Virus record (IMG/VR): IMGVR_UViG_3300037631_006629 | Location: 1 to 64,000 of that record | Direction: 5' to 3' (one strand) | DNA length: 64,000 nt | Source: an uncultured virus (IMG/VR IMGVR_UViG_3300037631_006629) | Taxonomy: Duplodnaviria; Heunggongvirae; Uroviricota; Caudoviricetes | In this document: one piece after another, positions 48,080 to 57,102 of the stretch | How positions within the stretch are numbered: position 1 is the stretch's first letter | Layout of the letters: each line of letters starts with the position of its first letter | Notes under the pieces: model-generated | Seen by the model: the letters and a program-made list of their open reading frames with translations, nothing else | What the model was told of the DNA's origin: nothing | Databases searched by the model: none | Position numbers and translations under genes: made by a program

Positions 48080-49220
48080 ATATAAAGTACAAGAAATTCA
48101 TGATATATGGAAAACAGATAATAAGCTAAAAACATGGCTAGCTGTAGAAATTGCTCATTTAGAATCATTAGCTAATAGCATTACTGATAAGACTATTAGT
48201 AATGAAAGCTTTGAAATTATTAAAGAAAACGCAAAGATTGATATTGATAGATGGAAAGAAATAGAAAAAGAAACTAGACACGATCTTCAAGCTTTTGTGC
48301 AAATGCTTGAAGAAAGTATACCTAAAAACGAAGGAAGATGGATTCATTACGGACTAACGTCTTCTGACATTTTAGATACTTCTCTTTCAATAATGTCAAA
48401 GAAAAGTCTGAACGTGATCATAAATTATACTGCAAAAGTTTTATATACACTTAACAAACTTTTAAAATCAGACGTTTATAAAAAAAATATCTTAGCAAGA
48501 ACTCATGGAAAATCTGCAGAAATACAAACGTACTATGATGTTTTTTATAGATGGATTAGCTTTGTAAGAAAAGGCCATGATTCACTAGTTGAAGCAAAAA
48601 ACAAGATAAGCGTTGGAAAATTAAGTGGTGCAACAGGAAATTATAAATTTAACACTAAACAATGTGAATATAATGCATTAGATTCTTTAGGACTTAAACC
48701 AGTTGTATCTTCTCAGATTATATCGAGGCAGTATTATCTAGACTATTTTTATGGAATATTGCAAGTTATTTTAGCTGTAGAAAAAATTGCATATGACATC
48801 AGGATTTACAGTTTAGATGGCATTAATGAAATGTCTGAACCCTTTAGAAAAGGACAAAAAGGTTCAAGCGCAATGCCACACAAGAAAAACCCTATATTAA
48901 CAGAAAATATATGCGGATTGACACGTTTATACAAAGCTTATTTTTCAACAGCTGTTGAAAATTGTACGACTTTGTTAGAGAGAGATATCTCTCACTCTTC
49001 TTCAGAAAGAATTATTTTCAAAGACTCAGCACATATTGCATGCTTTACATTAGATAGGCTAGACAAAGTATTAAAAGGCTTAAACATAGATACAGTTAAC
49101 GCAAAAAATAATTGCAAAAAAATGGAATCTGCTACAAACTCACAAAAATCAATGAACGATTTAATAGAACAAGGTTATAGCAGAAAAGAAGCACATGATA
49201 TTACACAGTCAAACATATAA
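48069..49220 (+). CDS. purB: Adenylosuccinate lyase (C-terminally short)
   Basis: MIPRY, TRHD, HYGLTSSD, RTHG, GSSAMPHKKNP, ERDISHSS. Confidence 0.93.
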   Translation: MIPRYKVQEIHDIWKTDNKLKTWLAVEIAHLESLANSITDKTISNESFEIIKENAKIDIDRWKEIEKETRHDLQAFVQMLEESIPKNEGRWIHYGLTSSDILDTSLSIMSKKSLNVIINYTAKVLYTLNKLLKSDVYKKNILARTHGKSAEIQTYYDVFYRWISFVRKGHDSLVEAKNKISVGKLSGATGNYKFNTKQCEYNALDSLGLKPVVSSQIISRQYYLDYFYGILQVILAVEKIAYDIRIYSLDGINEMSEPFRKGQKGSSAMPHKKNPILTENICGLTRLYKAYFSTAVENCTTLLERDISHSSSERIIFKDSAHIACFTLDRLDKVLKGLNIDTVNAKNNCKKMESATNSQKSMNDLIEQGYSRKEAHDITQSNI

Positions 49221-49253
49221 TTATATAATATAAAAACTATAGAAAGTAATAAA

Positions 49254-49694
49254 ATGAAAAGATTTAGTGAAAGAAGCATTGCAAGAAATTTTCTAAATGA
49301 GATAGCTGATTCTAAAATATCATTAGGTACAGCATTCATTTCTGACGACGATACTGTTAAAGGCCAATCACATTCAGAGCTCGATCCAGACAACGACGGA
49401 TATATAACACATGAGGATTTGTTTGGTCATTTCGATGTTGATAACGATGGTTTCGTTACAACAGATGAGTATGTCGACCATATTCAATACCATGCTGATA
49501 ATCCTGAGACACTTGATCATTACAGAGACGATGTACCTTGCAATACTTCTTATAACACATGTAGAACACATTATGACAATGATGATGAAGTCTTAAGGCG
49601 TTGTATTTCAAATACAGGTGCAACGTGTATGCAATCAGGAATTCAAGCTCTCATCGATGTGTTAACTGCAATGAAAAAATCAGGTATGATTTAA
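49254..49694 (+). CDS. EF-hand pair protein with leader
   Basis: DPDNDGYITHEDL and DVDNDGFVTTDEY; RNFLNE. Confidence 0.75.
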   Translation: MKRFSERSIARNFLNEIADSKISLGTAFISDDDTVKGQSHSELDPDNDGYITHEDLFGHFDVDNDGFVTTDEYVDHIQYHADNPETLDHYRDDVPCNTSYNTCRTHYDNDDEVLRRCISNTGATCMQSGIQALIDVLTAMKKSGMI

Positions 49695-49714
49695 TTTTAA
49701 GGAGAAATCAATAC

Positions 49715-49912
49715 ATGTTTAAAATAGGACAAAAAGTTTCGCATTTTATGACGACGCATAAGGTTGGAACTATAGTTAACATTGAATATACTAGAAATAA
49801 TTTTATGACAACAGGTGGTACAACACAACATAAAGTTTATATAGTTGTAAAATATACAGAAGAAGACATTCAAAAATATGATTCAGGAGACTTAATAAAG
49901 ATATATGATTAA
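49715..49912 (+). CDS. Small SH3-like protein
   Basis: MFKIGQKV...GTIV; AAGGAG SD. Confidence 0.65.
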   Translation: MFKIGQKVSHFMTTHKVGTIVNIEYTRNNFMTTGGTTQHKVYIVVKYTEEDIQKYDSGDLIKIYD

Positions 49913-50456
49913 AGAAATGTTTATTTGCTTGGCGCTGTTTGACATGAATGGTGTTGTTAATGAAAAAAATATTTGTGAAAACATAGAAACACTTTCACAT
50001 ATCTCTAAAGAATACAACATTGATACATATACATACGTCTCAATGTTATGGATTGAAAGTAATTTTAACAAAGAAATTGTAAGTTACACAGGTAAAGCTT
50101 GCGGTATATCACAAGTTGTACCAAAGTGGACAAGACCTAAAAAGTCATGCAAAGATTTAAATTCAGATATAAAATCAGCTATGATTCAAGGAGCAAGAAT
50201 ATTTAAAGGCTTTAAAAGATATGGTGGTAAAAGTTTAGACATTAGTTTATGTGGATATAACCAAGGATATCGATGCAAAGGTGAAAAAGAAGTCAAAAAA
50301 GGCGGTTATGACTACAGAAAAGAAGGTCTAATATACGCAAAAAAAGTTAAGTCATTTAGAAAAAAGTTGAAGTATAATGTTAGGAAGCAAAAGAGAAAAG
50401 TAAATTTATACAAAAAGAAATTAGAGCGTGCATTAAGATTATTTTATAGACTATAA
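49905..50456 (+). CDS. Lytic transglycosylase (SLT-like)
   Basis: IESNFN, ACGISQV, GYNQG; hydrophobic N-terminus. Confidence 0.8.
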   Translation: MIKEMFICLALFDMNGVVNEKNICENIETLSHISKEYNIDTYTYVSMLWIESNFNKEIVSYTGKACGISQVVPKWTRPKKSCKDLNSDIKSAMIQGARIFKGFKRYGGKSLDISLCGYNQGYRCKGEKEVKKGGYDYRKEGLIYAKKVKSFRKKLKYNVRKQKRKVNLYKKKLERALRLFYRL

Positions 50457-50457
50457 T
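50428..50457 (+). promoter_or_regulatory. sigma70-type promoter
   Basis: GC-GTGCAT-N18-TATAAT. Confidence 0.6.
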
Positions 50458-50478
50458 ACTTTAAAAAAGGAGTGTTTA

Positions 50479-50949
50479 ATGTCAAAATTATTATATGAAC
50501 CCGGTTTTTATCACTTAACTTCACATCTAAACTTATACTATGATATAGATGTAATTCTAAAACAGTTTGAAGAAGATGCATATTATCCTAACTTAAACAA
50601 GATTTACATAGACAGAAATAATCATTGGAGAGATCGTCTTATTGCTTTAATACACGAAGCAGGTCATGTATTAATCGATTTTAACAACCTCCAGACTAAA
50701 AGTATGAAAGCAAATTTATCAACATATGAAGAGCATATTAGATCTAAGAGACAGTTAGTTTCACTTTTAAATGAAGAGATTTCTGCTTGGAATGTTGGAA
50801 AAAAGCTAGCTATTGATTTAAATATTAAATTTGATCATGCTAGAATGGATGAAGTATCTACAAATTGCATTATGTCTTATGTTAAAAAAGGTTTGTTAAA
50901 TGTATACGGTTCGACAATTGATATATCATGTATTGACAGTAGGACATAG
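50479..50949 (+). CDS. HExxH metallopeptidase-like protein
   Basis: LIHEAGH...EEISAW. Confidence 0.65.
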   Translation: MSKLLYEPGFYHLTSHLNLYYDIDVILKQFEEDAYYPNLNKIYIDRNNHWRDRLIALIHEAGHVLIDFNNLQTKSMKANLSTYEEHIRSKRQLVSLLNEEISAWNVGKKLAIDLNIKFDHARMDEVSTNCIMSYVKKGLLNVYGSTIDISCIDSRT

Positions 50950-50967
50950 AAAGTTAGATCTTTTTGC

Positions 50968-50996
50968 GTGTACACTTTGTAAATATTGTTTATAAT
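50968..50996 (+). promoter_or_regulatory. sigma70-type promoter
   Basis: GC-GTGTAC-N17-TATAAT. Confidence 0.7.
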
Positions 50997-51018
50997 AATA
51001 ATATAAGGAGAATATATA

Positions 51019-51327
51019 ATGTCCTACTCAAAAAAAGACTTAAAAGATATAAAAAACAAATTAAAAAAAGAAAATCCTAGCTTTTTTAATAATTCTTCTA
51101 TAAAAAAACAAAAAAAATCAATAGTAAAAAGTCAACCTAGTAGAAAAAAAATAGTAAAGTGGAATTATAAAGTAAATGATGTTGTTACATGTATACATTC
51201 ACAAAGAATAGGTCTGATTGTATCAGACAATACGTATTTTGGCCGTAAACTAGAAAAAAACTATTATTTTGTATTGTTTGGATGTAGAGTACAGAAATAT
51301 GATGGTTCTTATTTAAGGGCTTTATAG
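51019..51327 (+). CDS. Basic protein with C-terminal SH3-like domain
   Basis: YKVNDVV...IGLIV. Confidence 0.65.
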   Translation: MSYSKKDLKDIKNKLKKENPSFFNNSSIKKQKKSIVKSQPSRKKIVKWNYKVNDVVTCIHSQRIGLIVSDNTYFGRKLEKNYYFVLFGCRVQKYDGSYLRAL

Positions 51328-51330
51328 TGC

Positions 51331-51360
51331 GTGCAAATATTGTTTTACTTGTATTATAAT
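51331..51360 (+). promoter_or_regulatory. sigma70-type promoter
   Basis: GC-GTGCAA-N18-TATAAT. Confidence 0.7.
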
Positions 51361-51408
51361 TAACAAAAAACATTTAAACATTTAAACATTTAAGGAAAAT
51401 ACAAAAAT

Positions 51409-52158
51409 ATGAAGCTTAACGTTAAAAACGACAAAATTGTTTTTGGAACAAACATACTTGACATTAACATACCAAACAAATTACGAGAAAGAAACAAGTG
51501 TGGCGTAGATTATATTGATGATGCTTTTGGAGGAGAAGGATTTACACCTTCTACTATTTCTTTGTTTACTGGTGAGCCAGGAGCAGGAAAAACAACTCTA
51601 ATGTTGTCGCTAGCTGATTCTTTAACTAGCCAAGGTTACGTTTGTCTTTTTAATACAGCTGAAGAAAGCTTGTACCAAATTAAGCTCACATGCGAAAGGC
51701 TTGATCTAAGGAACGGATTTGTTGCAGGGCAAGAAAGCTACGTTCCAAGGCTTATTAAACAATGTGACTCTTTAAGACATAAGTACAAAGGAAAACCTTT
51801 CTTTCTTATTGTAGACTCTTTGCAAACTCTTAATGACGGAAAATACGGAGAAGAGCACACTAACACACAATCAGCTGTTAGATCTTTACAGATTCTAACT
51901 GACTATGCTAAAGAACATTACATAAATGTTATTTGCATTGGGCAGGTAAATAAAAGCGGAAACATGGCAGGTAGTCAAAAGCTTAAGCACATGGTTGATG
52001 CTATGCTTCATCTTTCTATTGAAAGAAAAGACGAAGATTTCAAGGGCTTACGAGTTCTAGAAACTGTAAAGAATAGATTTGGTGGAGCAGGATGGACTTT
52101 CTTTTTAGACTTGAAAAATAACGGCTTTAATGAAGTTGCTAGAATTGGAGTGAGATAA
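51409..52158 (+). CDS. radA: RadA/Sms-like ATPase core
   Basis: GEPGAGKTT, AEES, IVDSLQT, HMVDA, KNRFG; no Zn finger or Lon-like domain. Confidence 0.8.
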   Translation: MKLNVKNDKIVFGTNILDINIPNKLRERNKCGVDYIDDAFGGEGFTPSTISLFTGEPGAGKTTLMLSLADSLTSQGYVCLFNTAEESLYQIKLTCERLDLRNGFVAGQESYVPRLIKQCDSLRHKYKGKPFFLIVDSLQTLNDGKYGEEHTNTQSAVRSLQILTDYAKEHYINVICIGQVNKSGNMAGSQKLKHMVDAMLHLSIERKDEDFKGLRVLETVKNRFGGAGWTFFLDLKNNGFNEVARIGVR

Positions 52159-52159
52159 C

Positions 52160-52492
52160 TTGTTTGTAGCTTTAATATGCTATCTGCTAGGATCAGCAGG
52201 TGTTTTCTTTCAACATAACTTACAATTCATAGATGATTGGTGGAAAGATAAAACTGTATTAAATGTTTTTTTATTTTCAATACCTATAGGCTTCTTATAT
52301 TTGAAGTCTTGGACTTATTTTGTACAACAGCTAGGATCTGTATGGTCTGCAAGATTTTTGTTTTTTGGTTTTTCTTATCTTGTTTTCCCTTTGTTAGCTT
52401 ACATATTTTTAAACGAAACACCCTGGTCACTAAAAACTGTTCTTTGCACACTTCTTAGTATAGTAATAATATTAATCCAATATAAGCTATAA
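52160..52492 (+). CDS. Small 4-TM membrane protein (DMT/SMR-like)
   Basis: Four hydrophobic segments; FLNE before last helix. Confidence 0.6.
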   Translation: MFVALICYLLGSAGVFFQHNLQFIDDWWKDKTVLNVFLFSIPIGFLYLKSWTYFVQQLGSVWSARFLFFGFSYLVFPLLAYIFLNETPWSLKTVLCTLLSIVIILIQYKL

Positions 52493-52494
52493 GC

Positions 52495-52524
52495 GTGCAA
52501 AATAGATCTATATTAAATTATAAT
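52495..52524 (+). promoter_or_regulatory. sigma70-type promoter
   Basis: GC-GTGCAA-N18-TATAAT. Confidence 0.7.
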
Positions 52525-52555
52525 AATCAAAACAACATATAATAAGGACTTTAAA

Positions 52556-53650
52556 TTGAACATTGATACTTTTATTAATATTGCTAAAGATCTTCCTCCA
52601 CATATTGCTGTTCTTATAAGAGGTGGAACAGGAATTGGCAAGTCTGCTATTACAGGACAGATTTCAAAAAGCTTGAAAAAACCTCTTCCACTTATCGATG
52701 TACGTGGTTCTACAATGTCTGAAGGTGATACTGGAGGTTACCCAGATATTGAGGGTATGAAGAAAAACGGAGTTATGACTTTTTGCATGCCCGCTTGGTT
52801 CATTAGGGCTTGCAACGAGCCTGTTGTTTTATTTTTAGACGAACTTAATAGATCTTTACCCGCAGTCCAACAATCCTTCTTTCAGATTGTTTTAGATAGA
52901 CAGTTAGGAAATGATGAAAACGGCAATCCATATAATTTACACCCAGAGACTCGCGTCTTTGCAGCTGTAAACCACGGATCAGAATATGATGTAAACGAAA
53001 TGGATCCTGCTTTATTAAGACGATTTTGGACTGTTGACCTTAAGCCCGATATTGATAGCTGGATTTCTTGGGCAACAAAAAACAATATTGACAATATGAT
53101 TATTGAGTTTCTAAAAACTAGATCAATAAATTTTGCTCCTGATGCTAGTTCCATTGAGCCAGGAAACGTATTTCCTACTCCAGCTTCTTGGACTAGGTTA
53201 GATGAAGCTATAAAGTTTATGGCAATTGACTTAGAAAAAGAAGGAAAGCTAGATAAACCTCTGATATATAACATTGCTTCAGGTTTCGTTGGCACACCCG
53301 TAGCAATTGAGTTTTCTGACTACGTAGAAAAATACGAGGCTAATGTAACTCCTCAAGATATTTTAGACAGATATGATGATCTAACTAATAAAATTAATAG
53401 ATTAAGTAATGATAGACTCAATCTGCTAATTGAACGTCTAGGTGAACATGGAAGACAAAATAACTGGACTGTAACACAAGCAGAAAATGCAGCAAAGTTT
53501 GGAAAAAGTATATCAGAAGAAATGCTTATTCATATGTGGAGCAAAATTTCTGAAACTAAAAACATTAAAACAATTCAAAACTTTCACAAATTTATTGGCC
53601 AATACTTAGTGAAAGTTGTTAACTCAAACAAAGATTTACTAAGTAATTAA
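52556..53650 (+). CDS. MoxR-like AAA+ ATPase
   Basis: GGTGIGKS, LFLDELNR, AAVN, MDPALLRRF, PTPASW. Confidence 0.88.
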   Translation: MNIDTFINIAKDLPPHIAVLIRGGTGIGKSAITGQISKSLKKPLPLIDVRGSTMSEGDTGGYPDIEGMKKNGVMTFCMPAWFIRACNEPVVLFLDELNRSLPAVQQSFFQIVLDRQLGNDENGNPYNLHPETRVFAAVNHGSEYDVNEMDPALLRRFWTVDLKPDIDSWISWATKNNIDNMIIEFLKTRSINFAPDASSIEPGNVFPTPASWTRLDEAIKFMAIDLEKEGKLDKPLIYNIASGFVGTPVAIEFSDYVEKYEANVTPQDILDRYDDLTNKINRLSNDRLNLLIERLGEHGRQNNWTVTQAENAAKFGKSISEEMLIHMWSKISETKNIKTIQNFHKFIGQYLVKVVNSNKDLLSN

Positions 53651-53675
53651 TAATAAAGTTTATAGTTTTGTATGC

Positions 53676-53705
53676 GTGCAAATGACTATAAAATTAGTGT
53701 ATAAT
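53676..53705 (+). promoter_or_regulatory. sigma70-type promoter
   Basis: GC-GTGCAA-N18-TATAAT, followed by AAGGAGG SD. Confidence 0.72.
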
Positions 53706-53722
53706 ATCATTAAGGAGGATAA

Positions 53723-55027
53723 ATGAAAAAAGAAACAACTTCTAATGGAATTAGTAGATCAATAAATGTTTCCCAATCAGATATTGATAACTTTAAACTA
53801 CAAAGTCATCTAGTAGACCTACTTTGGGACGAACCTTTTTATAGTAGAATTTTAAGAAGCTTAAATAAAATTGAAACTGAAGAGATACCAACTGCAGGAG
53901 TTCTTTGTAAAGACGGCGAAATTACAATGTGGTGGAATAGAAGATTTCTTGCTTCACTTCCAAAAAACAAAGTTAAAGGTTTAATTAAACATGAGTGTCT
54001 TCATCTAGCTTTTAAGCATACAACTGATAGAAGAAATTCTCCTCATATTATTTGGAACTATGCAACTGATTTAGCTATTAATTCAATTATACCCTATGAT
54101 GAGTTACCTAAAGGTGGTTTAGTTCCTGGATATCATTTAGAGCCTTTAACAAATGATGATATGGAAAATATGACAAAAGAAAACATTGACATGTTTAATG
54201 TTCTTTCAAGTCTTATTGCATCTTTTCCTCAAAACAAAACTTCTGAATATTACTTTGAAAAACTCATGCAAAATGAAACAATCAAAGAACATGCAGAAAA
54301 ATCAAGTAGTTTCTTATCAGATGGCTTTCCTGATGTTGGCTTTGATGACCATGAAGGTTGGGATGAGATGAGTGCTGAAGCACGAGAAATGATGAAAGAA
54401 AAGTTAGGAGAAATATTAAAGTCTGCCGTAGAAGAATCAAATCAAAAAGGATGGGGTTCAATATCTTCTCAAGTCGCAATTACTCTAAACAAAATGATAT
54501 CAAAGACAATTAAATGGGAAGATGTTTTAAAAAGATTTTGTGGTTTTACGAGAAGAGACGATAGACAATCATCGACTAAGAGGCTTAACAGAAAATATCC
54601 TGCAATACATCCAGGATCAAAAAAAATATACAAACCTAGAATTGCTGTATATGTTGATGAAAGTGGTTCAATGCCAGCATCAATACTTGAAAATTTCTAT
54701 GGAGAGCTAAATAGTTTAAGCTCTAGAACAGACTTTTATATGTATAAGTTTGATGCTGTAGTAGATGACAAGTCAGGTTTTCTTTGGAAAAAAGGTAAAA
54801 GACTTAAGATAGAAAGGACAATGCACGGAGGCACAAGCTTTCAATCTGTAACTAAACATGCAATCAAAAACAAAAAGAACTTTGACGGCTATATAATCTT
54901 TACAGATGGTTGTGCACCTAAACCTTCACCTTCCCATGGCTTAAAGAGATGTTGGCTCTTGATGCCTAATTGTGAACTAAGTTTTAAAAAAAATAATTCA
55001 GATATTTTAATTCAAATGAAAAGTTAA
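53723..55027 (+). CDS. Metallopeptidase-vWA domain protein (MoxR partner)
   Basis: HECLH, WNYATDLAIN, DDHEGW, VDESGSM, GGTSF, FTDG. Confidence 0.88.
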   Translation: MKKETTSNGISRSINVSQSDIDNFKLQSHLVDLLWDEPFYSRILRSLNKIETEEIPTAGVLCKDGEITMWWNRRFLASLPKNKVKGLIKHECLHLAFKHTTDRRNSPHIIWNYATDLAINSIIPYDELPKGGLVPGYHLEPLTNDDMENMTKENIDMFNVLSSLIASFPQNKTSEYYFEKLMQNETIKEHAEKSSSFLSDGFPDVGFDDHEGWDEMSAEAREMMKEKLGEILKSAVEESNQKGWGSISSQVAITLNKMISKTIKWEDVLKRFCGFTRRDDRQSSTKRLNRKYPAIHPGSKKIYKPRIAVYVDESGSMPASILENFYGELNSLSSRTDFYMYKFDAVVDDKSGFLWKKGKRLKIERTMHGGTSFQSVTKHAIKNKKNFDGYIIFTDGCAPKPSPSHGLKRCWLLMPNCELSFKKNNSDILIQMKS

Positions 55028-55039
55028 CAAAGGATAGAT

Positions 55040-55204
55040 ATGTTATACCATTATAACGGCGAAACTTTTAAAATTAAACAGGAAAACAATAAGAATAAAT
55101 TATATCATAAAGCTGTTAATAAATGGTCGTCTGGTTGGACGTACATTGGCAACTTTAAATCACATGATCTGGCTCAAGCTGCAGCTAGAAAATATACTTT
55201 CTAA
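55040..55204 (+). CDS. Small hypothetical protein (54 aa)
   Basis: Not in track; AAGGA SD; MLYHYNGETF...AQAAARKYTF. Confidence 0.65.
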   Translation: MLYHYNGETFKIKQENNKNKLYHKAVNKWSSGWTYIGNFKSHDLAQAAARKYTF

Positions 55205-55212
55205 GAGGAAAA

Positions 55213-55440
55213 ATGAGAAAAGAAAGATTTAAGATTACAATTAGATATCACGGACTAAGAGACTACGATGTGGAAAAAGTAAACTATGTTTTTGATGCGT
55301 CTTCACCTAAAGACGCTATTAGAAGAGTAAGCAAAGTGTATAAAAGAATTGAAGACTCTGGCGGAAGGCTTTCATATTATGCAAAGCAATTTCTAGAAGC
55401 TGTAGCAATTTCAGCAGAAACTGACCTACTTAACCCTTAA
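55213..55440 (+). CDS. Hypothetical protein
   Basis: GAGG SD. Confidence 0.65.
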   Translation: MRKERFKITIRYHGLRDYDVEKVNYVFDASSPKDAIRRVSKVYKRIEDSGGRLSYYAKQFLEAVAISAETDLLNP

Positions 55441-55454
55441 AAAAAAGCAGATTA

Positions 55455-56765
55455 ATGTATAGAAAAATTATTTATGAATTTCTAAACAATATGAAACAGA
55501 CAACTTCTACAAACGATAAAGTAGAAGTTATGATGCATTCTGAAAAGTCTGTTTTAAAAACTCTATATTATACTTACAACACATTCATACAATTCGGTAT
55601 TACAGAAAAGGTTCTAGAAAAAAGAAAAGATCTATGCAATATAAATTCTGAATTTAAAGAAGACAAAGGAATGTTTAGTTTACTTGATTCTTTAAATCAC
55701 AGAATGTTAACAGGTCATAATGCAATAAAAGAAGCGAACGGATTTCTCTACAACAATCCAGACTTAAAGGAAATATTTTATCTTATATTAGGTAGAAATC
55801 TAAAATTGCGAGTTTCTGTAAAACTTATTAACAAAGCATGTCCTAACTTAATACCTACGTTTAATGTAGCACTTGCTAACAAGTACGATGAAAAAACAAA
55901 AAAGAAAGTAGACTTGCAGAAAGATGTTTGGTATGTATCAAGAAAACTCGATGGTGTTCGCTGCCTTGTTGTGGTGGACGAAAAAGGAAAAGCTAAATCA
56001 TTCTCCAGAGCAGGAAAACAATTTCATACGTTATCCTTGGTAGAAAAAGAAATAGAAAGTTTAGGCTTTAAAAATGTAGTATACGACGGAGAAATGTGCA
56101 TTGTAGACAATGATGATAACGAAGATTTTCAAAGTGTAATGAAAGAAATAAAAAGAAAAAACCACACAATTAAAAACGGTTTGTTTCAAGTATTTGACTA
56201 TATACCCTACAGAATATTTAGCAAAGGCCACGGTGAAGTTGGTACTTTTTCTCAAAGAATAAACACTCTTAACAATATTATTTATAATACAGACGTAGAG
56301 TTAAAGCACGTTAAACTTTTACAACAAACGCCAATAAACAATTGGAGCGAATTTAATGTATTAAACAGCAAGGCATCTGATTTTGGCTGGGAAGGTCTCA
56401 TGTTAAGAAAAAACAGCTTCTATAAAGGAAAAAGATCTAATGACATTTTAAAAGTTAAAACTTTTTTTGATAGCGAGTATAAGGTTGAAGGATTGAATTT
56501 TGGACCTTTTAGATACATTAAAGAAGGAAAAGAAGTTGAAGAGGAAATGCTTACTGCAGTAACAATAAAGCATAAAGAAAATACTGTTAATGTAGGAAGC
56601 GGATTTACTATAGAGCAAAGACAAAGATTTTATAGTAATCCTGCAGAGATAAAAGGAAAAGTTATAACTGTACAATATTTTGAAGAATCTCAAAATCAAA
56701 ACGGCGAGTACTCACTAAGATTTCCTGTCATAAAGGCTATACATGGAGATAAAAGAGAAATTTAG
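55455..56765 (+). CDS. ATP-dependent DNA ligase
   Basis: KLDGVR, YDGE, VFD, WEGLMLR, LKVK, VGSGF, LRFP. Confidence 0.94.
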   Translation: MYRKIIYEFLNNMKQTTSTNDKVEVMMHSEKSVLKTLYYTYNTFIQFGITEKVLEKRKDLCNINSEFKEDKGMFSLLDSLNHRMLTGHNAIKEANGFLYNNPDLKEIFYLILGRNLKLRVSVKLINKACPNLIPTFNVALANKYDEKTKKKVDLQKDVWYVSRKLDGVRCLVVVDEKGKAKSFSRAGKQFHTLSLVEKEIESLGFKNVVYDGEMCIVDNDDNEDFQSVMKEIKRKNHTIKNGLFQVFDYIPYRIFSKGHGEVGTFSQRINTLNNIIYNTDVELKHVKLLQQTPINNWSEFNVLNSKASDFGWEGLMLRKNSFYKGKRSNDILKVKTFFDSEYKVEGLNFGPFRYIKEGKEVEEEMLTAVTIKHKENTVNVGSGFTIEQRQRFYSNPAEIKGKVITVQYFEESQNQNGEYSLRFPVIKAIHGDKREI

Positions 56766-56931
56766 CATAGGTGACTTAATAAAGTTTCCTTACGGCTTTG
56801 ACATTAGAAAGAAAACTTACTACTTAGGAATAATAGTAGGAAAAAAAGTTACCAACAATATAGTTACTTATAAGTGTTTTACTAATAATAGCTTTGAATA
56901 TGTTCAAGAAGCTGTTATTATAAACGTATAA
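56743..56931 (+). CDS. Small SH3-like protein
   Basis: FSIGDLI...LGIIV. Confidence 0.6.
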   Translation: MEIKEKFSIGDLIKFPYGFDIRKKTYYLGIIVGKKVTNNIVTYKCFTNNSFEYVQEAVIINV

Positions 56932-56963
56932 AACACTAGAAATAAAGCATATTGTTATATTAT

Positions 56964-56990
56964 AAAAACCAGCTAAAAGCTGGTTTTTTT
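56964..56990 (+). terminator. Rho-independent terminator
   Basis: AAAAACCAGC-TAAAA-GCTGGTTTTTTT. Confidence 0.8.
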
Positions 56991-57102
56991 GTGTTTGAAA
57001 AAAGTATTGTAGTTTTGACGAAGCAGCGTATGTACACCGCAAGTCACAATTAGATTTATAAAAAATAGAATATATTTATAGTATAGATACATAGGAGATA
57101 TC

